In this document: positions 62,305-64,000 of the stretch, piece after piece
Position numbering within the stretch: position 1 is the stretch's first letter
How the letters are laid out: every line of letters starts with the position of its first letter
NCBI RefSeq assembly: GCF_011745625.1
Contig: NW_027191468.1
Span: 62,001 to 126,000 of the forward strand
From: Cladosporium halotolerans
Lineage: Eukaryota
DNA: 64,000 bases
Direction of reading: 5' to 3'
Made by a program: the position numbers and the translations under genes
The notes under the pieces: model-generated
Seen by the model: the letters and a program-made list of their open reading frames with translations, nothing else
Databases searched by the model: none
What the model was told of the DNA's origin: nothing

Positions 62305-64000
62305 TGGTAACTGATGGGATCCCGAAATTGCCCGGCCTCCCAAGTAGCTTTTTCCTACGAGGAAGGGAATATGCGGGAAGAACAATTCCATTCTTGCAAT
62401 CATTAAAGACGAAGGGCTTCCACGGCGGCACCTTCAAGGAGAGCCCGAAACCCTCAAGATGCCACACGAGCGGACGTTCTTGTTACCGACCTATATCTTC
62501 CATATGCATGCAGTCGCCTGGCCTGAGGCGGACAGCTGCAAATACTGTGGCGTCGGTATGGTGAACGTGTGGGAGCTTCAAGCTGATATCCTGCTCCACT
62601 CTGGATAACATGATGTCGCTTGCGATTGATGATGTTGTGTGCTGCGTACGATACGCTGCAGAAAGTGAAAGTTGGGTTCAGTTCAAGGTGCGCGAAGCTG
62701 CGCTTTATTGGATGGTGATTGTGCACATGTAAGGGGTAAGATATCTGAACTGGCGACAAAGGAGGCTTTGGGGACTTGGAGAAATTTTGACCCTGCCCCT
62801 GGGAGCCGAGGCCTACCTTATCCAACCCTTGTACGGGTCTGCTCTGCCATCGGAGTTGGTACTATCGAAAATGCACGTCTTTCTCATCTAAAGGTCTGTA
62901 CTGATAATATTCCAATTATCGCAATGCAGATTTCAGACTGCCACTTCAAGGCAGACGTCGAAATTGGATCTATTCTCGCGCATTGCAGCGCTTCCATTTT
63001 GGCTTTTTGGTCAAATGCCTGCTTATTATCCAGGCTCCCGGTTCGTCAGGCCCGAACCCCTGTCAGCCATCGCGACCTCATGCAGTGAAACGAGGTAGAA
63101 AGACTCTTGCCCATCCTGGGTACGAAAAACCGGTAGCACGTGGAAGCCGCATACGGATGCTCAATCGAAGAACATTCCATCACGAGTAATAACTGTCGGC
63201 CGTTCGAACTGCCTCGTACCGTTCTCGTTTGGAACCGCTTCACCGTACAACGCATGCCGATCTTCAACAATAGCCCTAGCCGCTCCGCTCACAGGGCGAT
63301 TCGCCTGCGCGAAGCGCGGAACCCCATCGGAAATGCAATCCGCTAAAGTTCTTGGTGCGGCGGCGAGCCCACCGGCCTCAACGAATGTACAGTACTGTAC
63401 GGAAAGTCCTCCACCCGCTCAGCCGCTTCCTCTCACACCGGATCGAGGAGCGCAGGCCGGGCGCTCGGACTGAAAATCGAAGATCTCCCGCTCAGGCCCG
63501 CCAACATATGTGACCGCTGATATGGAACCGATAGGGGGCACACAGAAACCGCTGTCGAACGATACGAACGGTGTACGTCGTTCTCGAGGTCTCTGTTTCT
63601 CAACGCGTGAACGGCTTCTTCAAGATTCATGCTCAGTGCCTGCAAAGCAAGCTGAATGAGCTATGAACAGTGCATGCCCCAATGCAATAAGCTACAAGGT
63701 TCTGCAGGTACGAAATGCCGCCGGATTGCCGGTCGCGGCCTCGGGCAGCTGTTGACTATTGACACTCTGAGCCGCACACGGCAGGCTCGCGTGTGGGAGG
63801 AGTCAGGACATACTAGGTAGGTATGCTCTTGCGCCGGCTTCCATCCTGTGATGGATACGGGGCGGCCAAGCAAACCGAGAATAGTATGCGGGACCTGCAG
63901 TAGCGCGCCCAAGATCGCCGCTTTCGCCGCCCATTTGGAGATGGCGTCTTGGATTTGACTCCATCACTCGGCGATGGGAGGCGTGATGTGGCGCGCGGTC

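Noticed and set aside
62320..64000. Short ORFs after the tRNA pair (and in 60900-62000)
   Set aside because: No recognisable domain, codon bias or coherent exon chain; no transposon hallmarks seen.

Overview
Gene-dense, intron-containing eukaryotic DNA from a filamentous ascomycete (Pezizomycotina). Short GT-AG introns with CTRAC branch sites and the gene content fit a Dothideomycete, which is an inference. About 22 protein-coding genes are supported: a FlbC-like C2H2 factor; a compact three-gene UDP-rhamnose-type cluster (4,6-dehydratase, nucleotide-sugar transporter, 3,5-epimerase/4-reductase); TRM82; ribosomal P0; an SDR; YDJ1; a GNAT; a group III G-alpha; an NDUFAF7/MidA-like methyltransferase; a cysteine synthase; a thiolase-like protein; a NIPA-type transporter; a DUF4267-like protein; an NmrA-like protein; V-ATPase E; an AT-hook protein; a DNF1/2-type flippase; an F-box-like/UBA protein; SSB Hsp70; and one orphan ORF. 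There are also two tandem intron-containing tRNA-Asn(GTT) genes. No transposase, CRISPR array or rRNA was seen. The least explained features are a ~1.45 kb non-coding array of direct and inverted ~105-bp units (56.35-57.8 kb), a long multi-hairpin intron in SSB, a possibly dicistronic tRNA pair with covarying intron hairpins, and recurrent C/A-rich to G/T-rich skew islands that ignore gene orientation. All family assignments come from motifs recognised by eye, not from database searches.
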